The notes beneath the pieces were generated by a model. The model worked only from the letters and a program-made list of their open reading frames with translations. It was not told where the DNA came from and ran no database searches. DNA of 64,000 nt from an uncultured Clostridium sp. (GTDB taxonomy: Bacteria; Bacillota; Clostridia; TANB77; CAG-508). Below are positions 46,340 to 55,865 of this stretch, one piece after another. The stretch lies in the NCBI GenBank assembly GCA_958422985.1, contig CATZPY010000003.1, positions 21,671-85,670 of the forward strand. Reading direction: 5' to 3'. Every line of letters starts with the position of its first letter. The stretch's first letter is position 1. The position numbers and the translations under genes were made by a program.

Positions 46340-47323
46340 ATGATTTCACGCGATATGAACCCAGAGTATTTAAACTCATTTTTGGATTACTCTATAACAA
46401 TATTAAATAAATCTCCAAATACAATAAAGGAATATAATTATGATTTAGCAATGTTTTTAAAATTTATAATGGTCCATTTTAATCTTGCATCATCTAAAGA
46501 TTTTAAAGATATTGACATACGTAATTTATCCTTAGATGTAATAAAAAAAATAGAATTAAATGATATACATGCTTTTCTTGCATATCTTACCACAACTTAC
46601 CATAGTAAAGCTGCTACACGTGCAAGAAAAGTTAGCAGTATTAGGGTATTTTTTAATTATCTTTCACAAAAGGCAAATTTAATAGAAAAAAATCCTGCTC
46701 AAAATTTAGAAACTCCCAAGATAGAAAAACGTATGCCTAAATATCTAACTCTTGATGATAGTAAAAAGCTATTAACTGTTACAAGTGACGAAGAGAGAAA
46801 TAAAGAAAGAGATTATGCTATAATAACTTTGTTTTTAAATTGTGGACTTCGTTTATCTGAATTGGTAGGAATAAATATTAACGATATTTCGTTTGATGAT
46901 GCAAAAATGACTGTAATAGGTAAAGGTAATAAGGAACGAACAATATATTTAAATAAGGCGTGTTTACAAGCTATTAACAGCTATTTAGAAGTACGACCTA
47001 AAATAGGCATAAAGCCAAGTTCTATTAAAGCTTTATTTTTAAGTGAAAGAAAAGAACGTATTAGTAAAAGAACTGTTCAATATGTTGTAGACAAAGAATT
47101 AAGACGAGCTGGTTTAGATACAAAAAAATATTCTACCCATAAATTAAGACATACTGCTGCAACTCTTATGTACCAATATGGAAATGTTGATATTAGAGCT
47201 CTGCAAGAATTACTTGGCCACGAAAGTATTTCTACAACAGAAATTTACACTCATGTGGCTAATGAACAAGTACGAAACGCTGTAGAAGTAAACCCACTTT
47301 CAGATTATTCTGCTAATAAATAA
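46340..47323 (+). CDS. Tyrosine recombinase, XerC/XerD family
   Basis: It has an N-terminal SAM-like domain (YLNSFLDYSITILNKSPNTIKEYNYDL). The catalytic residues sit in RDYAIITLFLNCGLRLSELVGI, HKLRHTAATLMY and LLGHESISTTEIYTHV. Confidence 0.85.
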   Translation: MISRDMNPEYLNSFLDYSITILNKSPNTIKEYNYDLAMFLKFIMVHFNLASSKDFKDIDIRNLSLDVIKKIELNDIHAFLAYLTTTYHSKAATRARKVSSIRVFFNYLSQKANLIEKNPAQNLETPKIEKRMPKYLTLDDSKKLLTVTSDEERNKERDYAIITLFLNCGLRLSELVGININDISFDDAKMTVIGKGNKERTIYLNKACLQAINSYLEVRPKIGIKPSSIKALFLSERKERISKRTVQYVVDKELRRAGLDTKKYSTHKLRHTAATLMYQYGNVDIRALQELLGHESISTTEIYTHVANEQVRNAVEVNPLSDYSANK

Positions 47324-47416
47324 TTTAAAGCACTAATTTTTATTAGTGCTTTTATCATTCTACTTAAGCTCTATTAATATGAATTATACTTTTTATTAAT
47401 ATATATTTTATACCTT

Positions 47417-47995
47417 TTATCCTATTATAGGTTGTAATTGTTTATTATTTAATGCTTCTTTTATAGTGGGTATTAAGTAATCAAATTTAAAAACTAATGA
47501 TGTTGGCTTTGTTATAGGATTATCCTGAGTAAATGGTACAAAATAATAATTTTTTCTATTTAATAACTTGCCTATGTTTTCGGCAGAACCAGAAAGTCCA
47601 TCATTAGTAGATATACCTACCACTAAAGGTCGTTGATTTCTTAAATGTGATTTTATTGCCATGGTACTTGGTGTATCTATTATCGAATTTGCAAGTTTTG
47701 CAAGAGTATTTCCAGAACATGGAGCAACTACCATAATATCTGTTAAACTTTTAGGCCCAATAGGTTCTGCTCCTTGTATTGTATGAATAATTTTATTTTC
47801 TGTAATACCTTCTATTTCTTCTATAAAATCTTTTGCTTTTCCAAACTTTGTATTAAAATTGTAGCTATTGTATGACATAATTGGTAGTATATTAGCACCT
47901 AGATCCTTTAGTTCCTTTATTTTTGGTATTACCTTTTTAAATGTACAAAAAGAGCCTGTTAACGCAAACCCTACATTAATATTCTTAAGTTCCAT
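47417..47995 (-). CDS. dpaB: Dipicolinate synthase subunit B (SpoVFB/DpaB flavoprotein)
   Basis: It is collinear with B. subtilis SpoVFB as recalled: GFALTGSFCTF, VAPCSGNTLAKLANSI, RPLVVGISTNDGLS and the C-terminal QLQPI. Confidence 0.8.
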   Translation of the reverse strand: MELKNINVGFALTGSFCTFKKVIPKIKELKDLGANILPIMSYNSYNFNTKFGKAKDFIEEIEGITENKIIHTIQGAEPIGPKSLTDIMVVAPCSGNTLAKLANSIIDTPSTMAIKSHLRNQRPLVVGISTNDGLSGSAENIGKLLNRKNYYFVPFTQDNPITKPTSLVFKFDYLIPTIKEALNNKQLQPIIG

Positions 47996-48126
47996 TTTTC
48001 TCCCCCTTTCACATTATCTTTATATATAATATGAAATTATGTTAATTATGGTGTTTTTAGATAGTAATTATACTAAAAAAAGACCTTAATATTGCGTATT
48101 ACACAATATTAAAGTCCTCTTAAAGT

Positions 48127-49110
48127 TTAAATTATGCCATTGAATGGAATATCTGTATGGTAAAAATAGTTATACAGCTCTCTCAAAACTTTCTGGTATG
48201 GCCTCCAGTCCAGAGCGCACTGTCTGTAGCTATATCCCATTTTACAACCAATTTCTGGAAGATTAGGTACTAATGCTCTTCCGCCATATGGTCTATCTTC
48301 ATCTTCGAAAAAACATCCCGTTTCTTCAAGCAGAATACAAGGTCTAGCAAGATGTACATCTAAGTCACATACTCTAGCTCCTTTGTTCCGAACTTTTAAA
48401 GATAAAATATCTTCTTCTAAGCCGGATTGTATGTCTGGAATAGTGATAATAGAAATGAATCCCTTAGAAATAAGCTTTTTTAGATATGCATAGGATATTT
48501 CTTTGAAATCAGTAGGTGCAAAGCTACAACCACTTACTTTACAGCACCGTCCTCCACACATTTTACAGACTTCATGACTATAAGAAAATTCTTGTATCTG
48601 AAGTCTTTCTTCTGCAAGAATGTGTTCCACTGTAGCCTCTAGAATAACGGCAAAAGGCTTCCATTCTTCTAATGCTTTTTCTACAGTAAAATGAGTCTTA
48701 CAATCTTCTATAACAAAAGAAATAGGAAGCGATGTTAAAAAAGATTGTGGTCTGCATTCTTTTATTTCGACCAATTTAGGCTCTAAGAGTTTAGCTCCTC
48801 TAGGCCTGTGATAGTAGTCTGTTATTTCACATCCTTTTTCTGTTAAATGTATGCATGGAGAGTTTCCTACCATGATATTAGTCTGTATTCTAGGTGTTGC
48901 AACTTGTGCAGGTTTTACTAACCATTGATTAAATGGTGTACCACCGTCTAATTGTGACACCCGCGAGAACATTATTTTTCCTTCATTATATAGCCGAAGA
49001 AAATGTTCTACACTTATTTCTTTAAAGTCTTCTGGTGCATACAAGCAACTGCTAGCTTGGCAGCATTTTCCTCCACATTCTCTGCATAATTCGTTGTTTT
49101 CAAATTTCAT
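48127..49110 (-). CDS. Cys-rich protein with two tandem YkgJ/UPF0153-like CxxCGGxCC domains
   Basis: There is an internal duplication: CRECGGKCCQASSCLYAPEDFKEIS...PCIHLTEKGC...HRPRGAKLLEP versus CKMCGGRCCKVSGCSFAPTDFKEIS...PCILLEETGC...DRPYGGRALVP. Hand counts of three 60-nt lines gave about 38-48% G+C, against about 20-30% nearby. Confidence 0.6.
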   Translation of the reverse strand: MKFENNELCRECGGKCCQASSCLYAPEDFKEISVEHFLRLYNEGKIMFSRVSQLDGGTPFNQWLVKPAQVATPRIQTNIMVGNSPCIHLTEKGCEITDYYHRPRGAKLLEPKLVEIKECRPQSFLTSLPISFVIEDCKTHFTVEKALEEWKPFAVILEATVEHILAEERLQIQEFSYSHEVCKMCGGRCCKVSGCSFAPTDFKEISYAYLKKLISKGFISIITIPDIQSGLEEDILSLKVRNKGARVCDLDVHLARPCILLEETGCFFEDEDRPYGGRALVPNLPEIGCKMGYSYRQCALDWRPYQKVLRELYNYFYHTDIPFNGII

Positions 49111-49267
49111 TTGTTTTTCTCCCTTCATTTATTAGAGTTATATTAACAAGTTATCTTATCTATTATAACATTTATTTACAAATTTATCAAATTTAACATA
49201 AAAAAAGCGAACATACTTGCAGCAAATTAAGTTTATTCGCTACACACATATGTTCCCTTTTATTTAT

Positions 49268-50458
49268 CTATTTAATTAATTCTAAAGTTTGTTTTGCAAT
49301 CATTAATTCTTCATCTGTTGGTACTACATAAACTTTAATTTTAGAGTTTTCAGTAGAAATTAGTCTTTCTTCTCCTTTTACATTATTCTTTTCATCATCT
49401 ATTTCTATTCCTAAGAATTTTAAGTTTTCACAAATACCTTTTCTTATATTTTTTTGGTTTTCTCCAATTCCTGCTGTAAATAACATAACGTCAAAACCAT
49501 TCATTGCAACAGCACATTTAGCAATTTGAGTTGCTACTAAATAATTATGTATTTTTATTGCAAGTTCTGCTTGTTCATTTCCTTCTTCTGCAGCAGCTTC
49601 CATATCTCTACAATCTTGTGAAACTCCAGATAATGCTAAAATTCCAGATTCTTTGTTTAAAATATGTTCCATCTCATCAGGTGTTAAACCTGCTTTTTTC
49701 ATTATGAAAGTTACTACAGATGGATCTATATCTCCAGAACGTGTTCCCATAGGAATACCAGCAAGAGGAGTAAGCCCCATACTTGTCTCTACAGATTTAC
49801 CACCTTGTACAGCACATATACTTCCACCTTGACCTAAATGGCAAGATATAATTTTTAAATCTTCAATTGGCTTTCCTTCAAGCTCAGCTACACGGTTTGA
49901 TACATATTGGTGTGATGTACCATGGAAACCATATTTTCTAACACCAAATTCATTATAATATTTATATGGTATTGGGTATATATAGTGTTCTTTAGGCATT
50001 GTTTGGTGGAAAGCTGTATCAAACACTGCTACCATTGGTTTATTTGGCATTATTTTTTCTGCTGCTCTAATTCCCATTATTGCTGCTGGGTTATGAAGTG
50101 GAGCTAAATGAGAACATTCTTCTATCGTTTTTATTACTTCTTCATTAATTATTACAGGTTTGTTGAATTTTTCACCACCATGAACAACTCTATGTCCTGT
50201 AGCATTAATTTCTTCTAAAGAATCTATTACCTTATATTTAGAATCTAATAATTGTTCTAAAGAAAATTCTAATGCTTCTTCATGATTTTTTACTGGTTTT
50301 TCTAATTTATATTTTTCTCCATTCACTTTATGTGTTAAGAATGAATTAGGTTGTCCAATTCTTTCAAAAGTTCCTTTTGCCATTACATTTTCAGAAGCCA
50401 TATCTATTAATTGATATTTTAAAGATGAGCTTCCACAATTAATTACTAAAATTTTCAT
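49268..50458 (-). CDS. ackA: Acetate kinase
   Basis: It has MKILVINCGSSSLKYQL, HRVVHGG, FDTAFHQTMP and GFHGTSH. Confidence 0.95.
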   Translation of the reverse strand: MKILVINCGSSSLKYQLIDMASENVMAKGTFERIGQPNSFLTHKVNGEKYKLEKPVKNHEEALEFSLEQLLDSKYKVIDSLEEINATGHRVVHGGEKFNKPVIINEEVIKTIEECSHLAPLHNPAAIMGIRAAEKIMPNKPMVAVFDTAFHQTMPKEHYIYPIPYKYYNEFGVRKYGFHGTSHQYVSNRVAELEGKPIEDLKIISCHLGQGGSICAVQGGKSVETSMGLTPLAGIPMGTRSGDIDPSVVTFIMKKAGLTPDEMEHILNKESGILALSGVSQDCRDMEAAAEEGNEQAELAIKIHNYLVATQIAKCAVAMNGFDVMLFTAGIGENQKNIRKGICENLKFLGIEIDDEKNNVKGEERLISTENSKIKVYVVPTDEELMIAKQTLELIK

Positions 50459-50473
50459 AAAAAAACCTCCAAT

Positions 50474-51481
50474 TTATTTTTCTTGTTCTTGAGCTTGAAC
50501 TGCTGTAATTGCAATAACACCTTCTATATCTTTACTATTGCATCCCCTTGATAAATCATTAACAGGTTTTGCTATACCTTGACATAAAGGACCATATGCT
50601 TCTGCCTTTGCAAGCCTTTGAACTAATTTATAACCTATATTTCCAGAGTTTAAATCTGGGAATATTAAAACATTAGCTTTTCCTTTTAAAGGACTTTCCT
50701 TTGCCTTATATTCTGCAACTTCTGGAATTATTGCAGCATCTAATTGCAATTCTCCATCTACTAACAATTCTGGAGCTTTTTCTTTTACAAGGTTAGTTGC
50801 ATTTATTACTTTCTCAGTTAGATCTGACTTAGCACTACCATGTGAAGAATAAGAAAGCATTGCTATTTTAGGTTCTTTACCTACTAATAGATCGAAACTT
50901 TTGCTAGATGAAATTGCTATTTCAGATAAAGCTTCACTATCTGGATTTTCGTTTAATCCACTATCTGAAAATAGAAATACTCCATCTTCACCAAATTCAC
51001 AATTAGGTACAATCATCATGAAAAATGCAGATACTAATTTTGTTCCAGGTGCTGTTTTTAAAATTTGAAGCGCTGGTCTTAATGTGTCTGATGTAGAATG
51101 TACTGCTCCAGATACTAAACCATCTGCATATCCTTGTTTTACCATCATCATACCAAAATATGTATTATCTAACATATATTCTTTTGCCTTTTCTATAGTC
51201 ATACCTTTATTTTTTCTTAATTCATAAAATTTTTCTACAAATTCATCATATTTATCTGAATTAACTGGATCTATAATTTCTGCTTCTTCTACATTGTTTA
51301 GTTTTAATTCGTTTGCTCTTTTTAATATTTTCTCTTTATTTCCTATTAATATTATTTCTGCAAACTTTTGTTTTAGTACTTCAGATGTAGCTTTTAAAGT
51401 TCTATCATCTTCTGATTCTGGAAGTACTATTTTTTTTATATCTTTTTTTGCTCTGTTTTTAATTTCATCTATAAATGACAT
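50474..51481 (-). CDS. pta: Phosphate acetyltransferase
   Basis: It is the 335-aa short Pta form, with ADGLVSGAVHSTSDTLRPALQI and NVLIFPDLNSGNIGYK. It is adjacent to ackA. Confidence 0.93.
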   Translation of the reverse strand: MSFIDEIKNRAKKDIKKIVLPESEDDRTLKATSEVLKQKFAEIILIGNKEKILKRANELKLNNVEEAEIIDPVNSDKYDEFVEKFYELRKNKGMTIEKAKEYMLDNTYFGMMMVKQGYADGLVSGAVHSTSDTLRPALQILKTAPGTKLVSAFFMMIVPNCEFGEDGVFLFSDSGLNENPDSEALSEIAISSSKSFDLLVGKEPKIAMLSYSSHGSAKSDLTEKVINATNLVKEKAPELLVDGELQLDAAIIPEVAEYKAKESPLKGKANVLIFPDLNSGNIGYKLVQRLAKAEAYGPLCQGIAKPVNDLSRGCNSKDIEGVIAITAVQAQEQEK

Positions 51482-51568
51482 TTTATCCTCCTTTTAAAGA
51501 TATACTTGGTTGTAACCTTATTAATTATATATTAGTATTTAAGAGTTGACAAGCTAAAACATATTAAT

Positions 51569-52516
51569 TTATAAAGATTGTTCCGAATTTTCTTGCTTTC
51601 TGTTTTGCTCTCTTATTACTCTTTTTAATAATTTTACTCCGTTTTCATTTCCCCTAATTCCTAATTTTAATCCCTCTTCTTGTAAAGTAGCTATCTTACC
51701 TATATCTACACCTAAAAACATATTATGCTTATTAGAATATAAATATGTTTTTGGTTGTTTATCATTTACAAATATACAACTTGTATATTCCTCTGGTTTA
51801 ATTTCGCAAGGAAATATAAAAAGCTTTTTCCATATTTCATTTTCTGCTAAACTACTTAACATTTTATAGAAAAAAGAATATTTTTGCATATATCCCATAT
51901 CTTTAGAAATTTCATTTATTTCATTATTACTTATAAAGCTTGATACTCTTTCTGTTAATGGTAAACCTTTTAAATTATTTATAATACTATTTATTGTTTC
52001 GTCTGAATACTCTACTTCTTTATTAGGATAACCTATATTTCTATCTGCTTCTATTATTTCCTTTTCTGGTAGCTCATCTAATAAAACATATTCATTATCT
52101 GACGTGCCAAAATATCTTGTTTTTCTACCAGTTTGAATAAACTCTAAATCAGATTGTAAGTCTAATTTTATTCTTCTACCATCCTTTAATGTAAGAATAT
52201 TAAACACATGTTCTAGCTCTTTAGGTTCATGAGTAACAGTACAACTATATCCTAAGTTTTTAAAGATGTATTCACATTGTCTTGCTAAAGAATAGCATAT
52301 AATCTCTCGTTCATCCAATCTTTTTTCTACTTCTGTTCTTCTTCTAGCAAGATTATATATTTTCTTTTGAGTCTCAGTATTACCAAAATAATATTTTACA
52401 TCAAAAGTTTTATTTCTTCCTATTTCTATATAAATCTTTCTAATAAAACTTAATTCATCTAACTTTTTATATTCTTCATTGCTTTTAATGTCTTCTAATA
52501 ATTCTTTTACTTTCAA
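51569..52516 (-). CDS. Hypothetical protein; possible transglutaminase-like/papain-fold Cys-His-Asp arrangement
   Basis: The order IICYSLARQCEYIFKNLGY ... LEHVFNILTLKDGRRIKLDLQSD resembles the transglutaminase-core C...H...D spacing. This is a weak, motif-only call. Confidence 0.3.
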   Translation of the reverse strand: MKVKELLEDIKSNEEYKKLDELSFIRKIYIEIGRNKTFDVKYYFGNTETQKKIYNLARRRTEVEKRLDEREIICYSLARQCEYIFKNLGYSCTVTHEPKELEHVFNILTLKDGRRIKLDLQSDLEFIQTGRKTRYFGTSDNEYVLLDELPEKEIIEADRNIGYPNKEVEYSDETINSIINNLKGLPLTERVSSFISNNEINEISKDMGYMQKYSFFYKMLSSLAENEIWKKLFIFPCEIKPEEYTSCIFVNDKQPKTYLYSNKHNMFLGVDIGKIATLQEEGLKLGIRGNENGVKLLKRVIREQNRKQENSEQSL

Positions 52517-52541
52517 TATATATTTTTCCTCTTCTTATTAA

Positions 52542-53201
52542 TTATTTAAGCTTAGCAATTAAAGCCTTAATTTTAATTCCTTCTTTAGAAAACATTTCTT
52601 CATGTTCTGTTGTAATATCTTCCCAATCTGTTTCAGAATGTAAGTTATATGTTATTTTTGTTATTTCGAATCCACTTTCGTTAAAGTACACTATACTAGA
52701 TTCGAATAAATCATCATCATCTGTTTTAAAATGTATTTCTCCTCCTGGAATTAAAAACTCTTTATACTTTTCTAATTGCCTTGTATGTGTTAATCTTTTC
52801 TTTCTATGTTTTCCTCTAGGCCAAGGATTGCAAAAATTAATATAAATTCTTTCTACCTTATCGTTATTACTCATCATTAATAATATTCTTTCTATATCGA
52901 ACCTAGTAATAATTACATTTGAAGGTTCTTTATTATTATCTTTAAACTCTTGCTCTATATTTCTTTTAGCTAAACCTAACATTGCATCTACTAAGTCTAT
53001 TGCAATATAGTTTATATTTGGATTATTTATAGAAAGTTTTGATATAAAGTTACCTTTCCCACATCCCAATTCTAAGTGGATTGGGTTATTTGAGTTTTTA
53101 AAAACTGTTTTCCATTTTCCTTTATAGTCTTCTGGATTATCTATATAAAATTTACATGCTTCTAATTCTGGTCTTGCCCATGGTTTAAATCTAATTCTCA
53201 T
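52542..53201 (-). CDS. trmB: tRNA (guanine46-N7)-methyltransferase
   Basis: It has [13 protein letters not shown], the SAM motif [12 protein letters not shown], and [17 protein letters not shown]. Confidence 0.9.
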   Translation of the reverse strand: MRIRFKPWARPELEACKFYIDNPEDYKGKWKTVFKNSNNPIHLELGCGKGNFISKLSINNPNINYIAIDLVDAMLGLAKRNIEQEFKDNNKEPSNVIITRFDIERILLMMSNNDKVERIYINFCNPWPRGKHRKKRLTHTRQLEKYKEFLIPGGEIHFKTDDDDLFESSIVYFNESGFEITKITYNLHSETDWEDITTEHEEMFSKEGIKIKALIAKLK

Positions 53202-53325
53202 TTTATTGCTCCTCTTAATAATTTTTAATAATTATATACTAAAATTACTAAAAAAAGCAAATATAAAATTTTAGAGTACATAAAACTACTATTAATAACT
53301 ACAGAATATAAAAAACAACCAAAAC

Positions 53326-53649
53326 CTATGTTCTAGTTGTTATTATTGTTGGTGATATTTCGTACTTCATATCATCTATTATATCTTTCATTACAATTGG
53401 TGTAACGTAGTGTTCTTTTAATTTATTTATAATAGAAATTACTTCTTTCTCATTTGGTGAAATATCTTCTATAACTCCTACTTCTCTTGTTATTTTAGAA
53501 TCTTCATTAAATTGTATTTTTACAATTTCTATTCCATAGCTTGCATTCTCATATGTTAAATAATATAGCAAACTAATTGGATGTTCTACTCCTAATTCTA
53601 TCATTAACTTCGGCTCATAAAATATTCCACCATAAAATCTCTTGCTCAT
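53326..53649 (-). CDS. Hypothetical protein (107 aa)
   Basis: It is an open ORF with a purine-rich RBS region (AAGGGAAGAGAAAACAA before the ATG). I recognise no motif. Confidence 0.45.
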   Translation of the reverse strand: MSKRFYGGIFYEPKLMIELGVEHPISLLYYLTYENASYGIEIVKIQFNEDSKITREVGVIEDISPNEKEVISIINKLKEHYVTPIVMKDIIDDMKYEISPTIITTRT

Positions 53650-53810
53650 TTGTTTTCTCTTCCCTTCTTATTTTTCTTAAGTTATAATTGCTAAAAAAAA
53701 TATGTCTAACAATTAAGCTTGTATCGTCTACTTTATACCCATAGTATAATAAATGCAAGTATTTTCGTTCGCCATTTTTTTCGGTTTATGACCTTTTTCG
53801 ACAAAACAGT

Positions 53811-53860
53811 AACCCATAGATTAATTACATTTTATAGTATTTAACCTATGGGTTCTTTTT
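53811..53860. terminator. Hairpin (AACCCATAG / CTATGGGTT) between two minus-strand hypothetical genes
   Basis: It has a perfect 9-bp stem and a 26-nt loop. There is a T-run on the plus side and a weaker CTGTTTT on the minus side. Confidence 0.4.
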
Positions 53861-53893
53861 ATATTATATTAAATTTATTTTTGTGGAAAAATA

Positions 53894-54508
53894 TTATACT
53901 ACCTCTGCATAGTATTTTATAATTATATTATTTATTTCTGAATCTGAAGCTTTTAATACTTTATTATAATTTTTTGCTTTTTTATACAATTTTATAACTT
54001 TATTTATTCCATAAGTATTAATTAAAGATAAAGTTATAAAATAAGCATCACTAAAACTTCTTACATTACCAATATCTAGTTTTTTATAAGAATACGTTGT
54101 TTTAGCATCATTCAAACCAAAAATGTATGTTGTAATATCTAACCATTTTGGAATATATTCAAAATTATCTGCAAGAATGCTATCTGCAACAGTTTTTTGT
54201 GCAATTTTCATTATATCGCTATAAGAATGTACTGCTCCCGAATTTAAAGGTGTTACTAATTTTAAATTACCTTCTTCATCTTCTATTGCTACTTTCCATT
54301 CCTCTTGCTTTTCACCAAAAACTTCATTATGTAGTTCTTCTACACTATTATATAAGTAAATTATAATCTTTCTATTATAGTTTTTTAGTTTAAATAAACT
54401 TGTGATAGTTTCATAAGCAATAAGTACTTGGTTCATTAGTTCGAGCACACACGGCTCATTCTCATCACTATACTGTATTTCGATATTACCATCATCAAAT
54501 TTTTTCAT
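53894..54508 (-). CDS. Hypothetical protein (204 aa)
   Basis: It is an open ORF with the RBS AAGGAGTGATTTGTATTA before the ATG. I recognise no motif. Confidence 0.5.
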   Translation of the reverse strand: MKKFDDGNIEIQYSDENEPCVLELMNQVLIAYETITSLFKLKNYNRKIIIYLYNSVEELHNEVFGEKQEEWKVAIEDEEGNLKLVTPLNSGAVHSYSDIMKIAQKTVADSILADNFEYIPKWLDITTYIFGLNDAKTTYSYKKLDIGNVRSFSDAYFITLSLINTYGINKVIKLYKKAKNYNKVLKASDSEINNIIIKYYAEVV

Positions 54509-54564
54509 TAATACAAATCACTCCTTATTTTTTAATACACTTATATTATACCTTATTATAAATA

Positions 54565-54599
54565 GGGATTCAAGGGACGGTCCTTAAAATCCCGATTTT
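54565..54599 (-). repeat. Dispersed hairpin repeat family 1 (copy D, minus orientation)
   Basis: The reverse complement reads AAAATCGGGATTTTAAGGACCGTCCCTTGAATCCC. It lies about 76 nt downstream of the tsaC stop. Confidence 0.55.
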
Positions 54600-54674
54600 T
54601 TTTGGTTTATATGTGCTCTTTATAAAAATATCATTATGCCACATCTTTTAGTATAATTAGGAAATAACATATGT

Positions 54675-55706
54675 TTATATTTCTATATAATTATATTCGC
54701 ATGCTCGTAGTAATCTGTTATTTAAAGCTAGGCCTAATCCTTCTTTTTCCATTCCTTCTATTACTACTATATCTACATTATATTTGTCTACTTCTCTTAA
54801 TATAGAAAATATGTTGTGTGCTATTTCTTCTAAATTATTTCCCATCTTAATCTTATGTTTTGCCTTATATTTAGAATAATTACAATCCTTACAAACTATT
54901 AAAGCTTTTTTCCCGTTTACAAACGCATTTATTTTATTTACCATTTTTAATTCATCTTTACTATATATCATAACGCAATTAGTATTTGGCGCATAATGTT
55001 TATATTTCATCCCTGGTGATAATACTTTTTCTTTTCCATCATATTTTCCAAGTATATTTTTATCTATTTCTACTTCTACACCAAATTTTTCTATATCATC
55101 TTTTGTTACTTTTCCTGGTCTTAGTATTCGTACTTTATTTTCTATAACCTTAACTACAGTAGATTCTAGTCCAATATCTACCATTCCAGAATCTATAATT
55201 GCAGAAACCTTTCCATCAAATTCTTTTTTTATATCCTCAATTTTAGTTCCACTCGGTTTTCCAGAAGCGTTTGCACTAGGTGCTGCAATTGGTGTGTTAG
55301 CATATTCTATTAATTTCCTAGCAATTTTATTTGATGGCATTCTTATTCCTACTGTATCTAATCCTGCTGTTACTACATTTGGAATAAAGCCTTTTGATTT
55401 TAATATTATAGTAAAAGGCCCTGGACAAAATTCTTTTATTAATTTTCTTTCTAATTCATTTGGTTCTTTAGCAACTTTGCTTATCATTTCTTCATTACAC
55501 ACATGTACAATTAAAGGATTATCACTTGCTCTACCTTTCGCTTTAAATATATTTTTACATGCCTCTTCATTAAAAGCATTTGCGCCTATACCATAAACTG
55601 TTTCTGTTGGGAAAATAACCAAATTACCATTTTGTATTTCTTTTGCTACTTGTTTAATTTCCTCATCATTATATCGTTCTTTTAAATTTATATATCTTGT
55701 TATCAC
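54675..55706 (-). CDS. tsaC: L-threonylcarbamoyladenylate synthase (Sua5/YwlC-type TsaC, with C-terminal Sua5 domain)
   Basis: It has the YrdC-domain motifs VIFPTETVYGIGANA, KGRASDNPLIVHV and APSANASGKPS. It is 343 aa long. Confidence 0.9.
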   Translation of the reverse strand: MITRYINLKERYNDEEIKQVAKEIQNGNLVIFPTETVYGIGANAFNEEACKNIFKAKGRASDNPLIVHVCNEEMISKVAKEPNELERKLIKEFCPGPFTIILKSKGFIPNVVTAGLDTVGIRMPSNKIARKLIEYANTPIAAPSANASGKPSGTKIEDIKKEFDGKVSAIIDSGMVDIGLESTVVKVIENKVRILRPGKVTKDDIEKFGVEVEIDKNILGKYDGKEKVLSPGMKYKHYAPNTNCVMIYSKDELKMVNKINAFVNGKKALIVCKDCNYSKYKAKHKIKMGNNLEEIAHNIFSILREVDKYNVDIVVIEGMEKEGLGLALNNRLLRACEYNYIEI

Positions 55707-55793
55707 ATCTGCACCTTCTATTATTTATATCAAATTATTTTTCCACAATATTATAGTCCGTTTTTGCTTAAAAATCAAGGTATAGCAAAAGTT

Positions 55794-55838
55794 AAAAAAA
55801 GCGTACCTAAGATTTTCTATTATAGGTACGCCATAATT
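55794..55838 (-). terminator. Terminator after the ABC permease gene; a truncated copy of dispersed repeat family 2
   Basis: The minus strand reads AATTATGGCGTACCTATAATAGAAAATCTTAGGTACGCTTTTTTT. The stem is GCGTACCT/AGGTACGC, and the flanks AATTATG...AGAAAATCTTAGGTACG-T(n) are shared with 13378-13443 and 29941-30008. Confidence 0.6.
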
Positions 55839-55865
55839 CTATTATACAAAGTAAGCTAGAACTAC

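Noticed and set aside
46340-47323. The tyrosine recombinase, considered as a marker of an integrated mobile element.
   Set aside because: It has the XerC/XerD-like domain organisation. It is flanked by LemA and membrane-protein genes and dpaB, with no flanking repeats, tRNA, phage or conjugation genes visible. It is more likely a chromosomal Xer-type recombinase.
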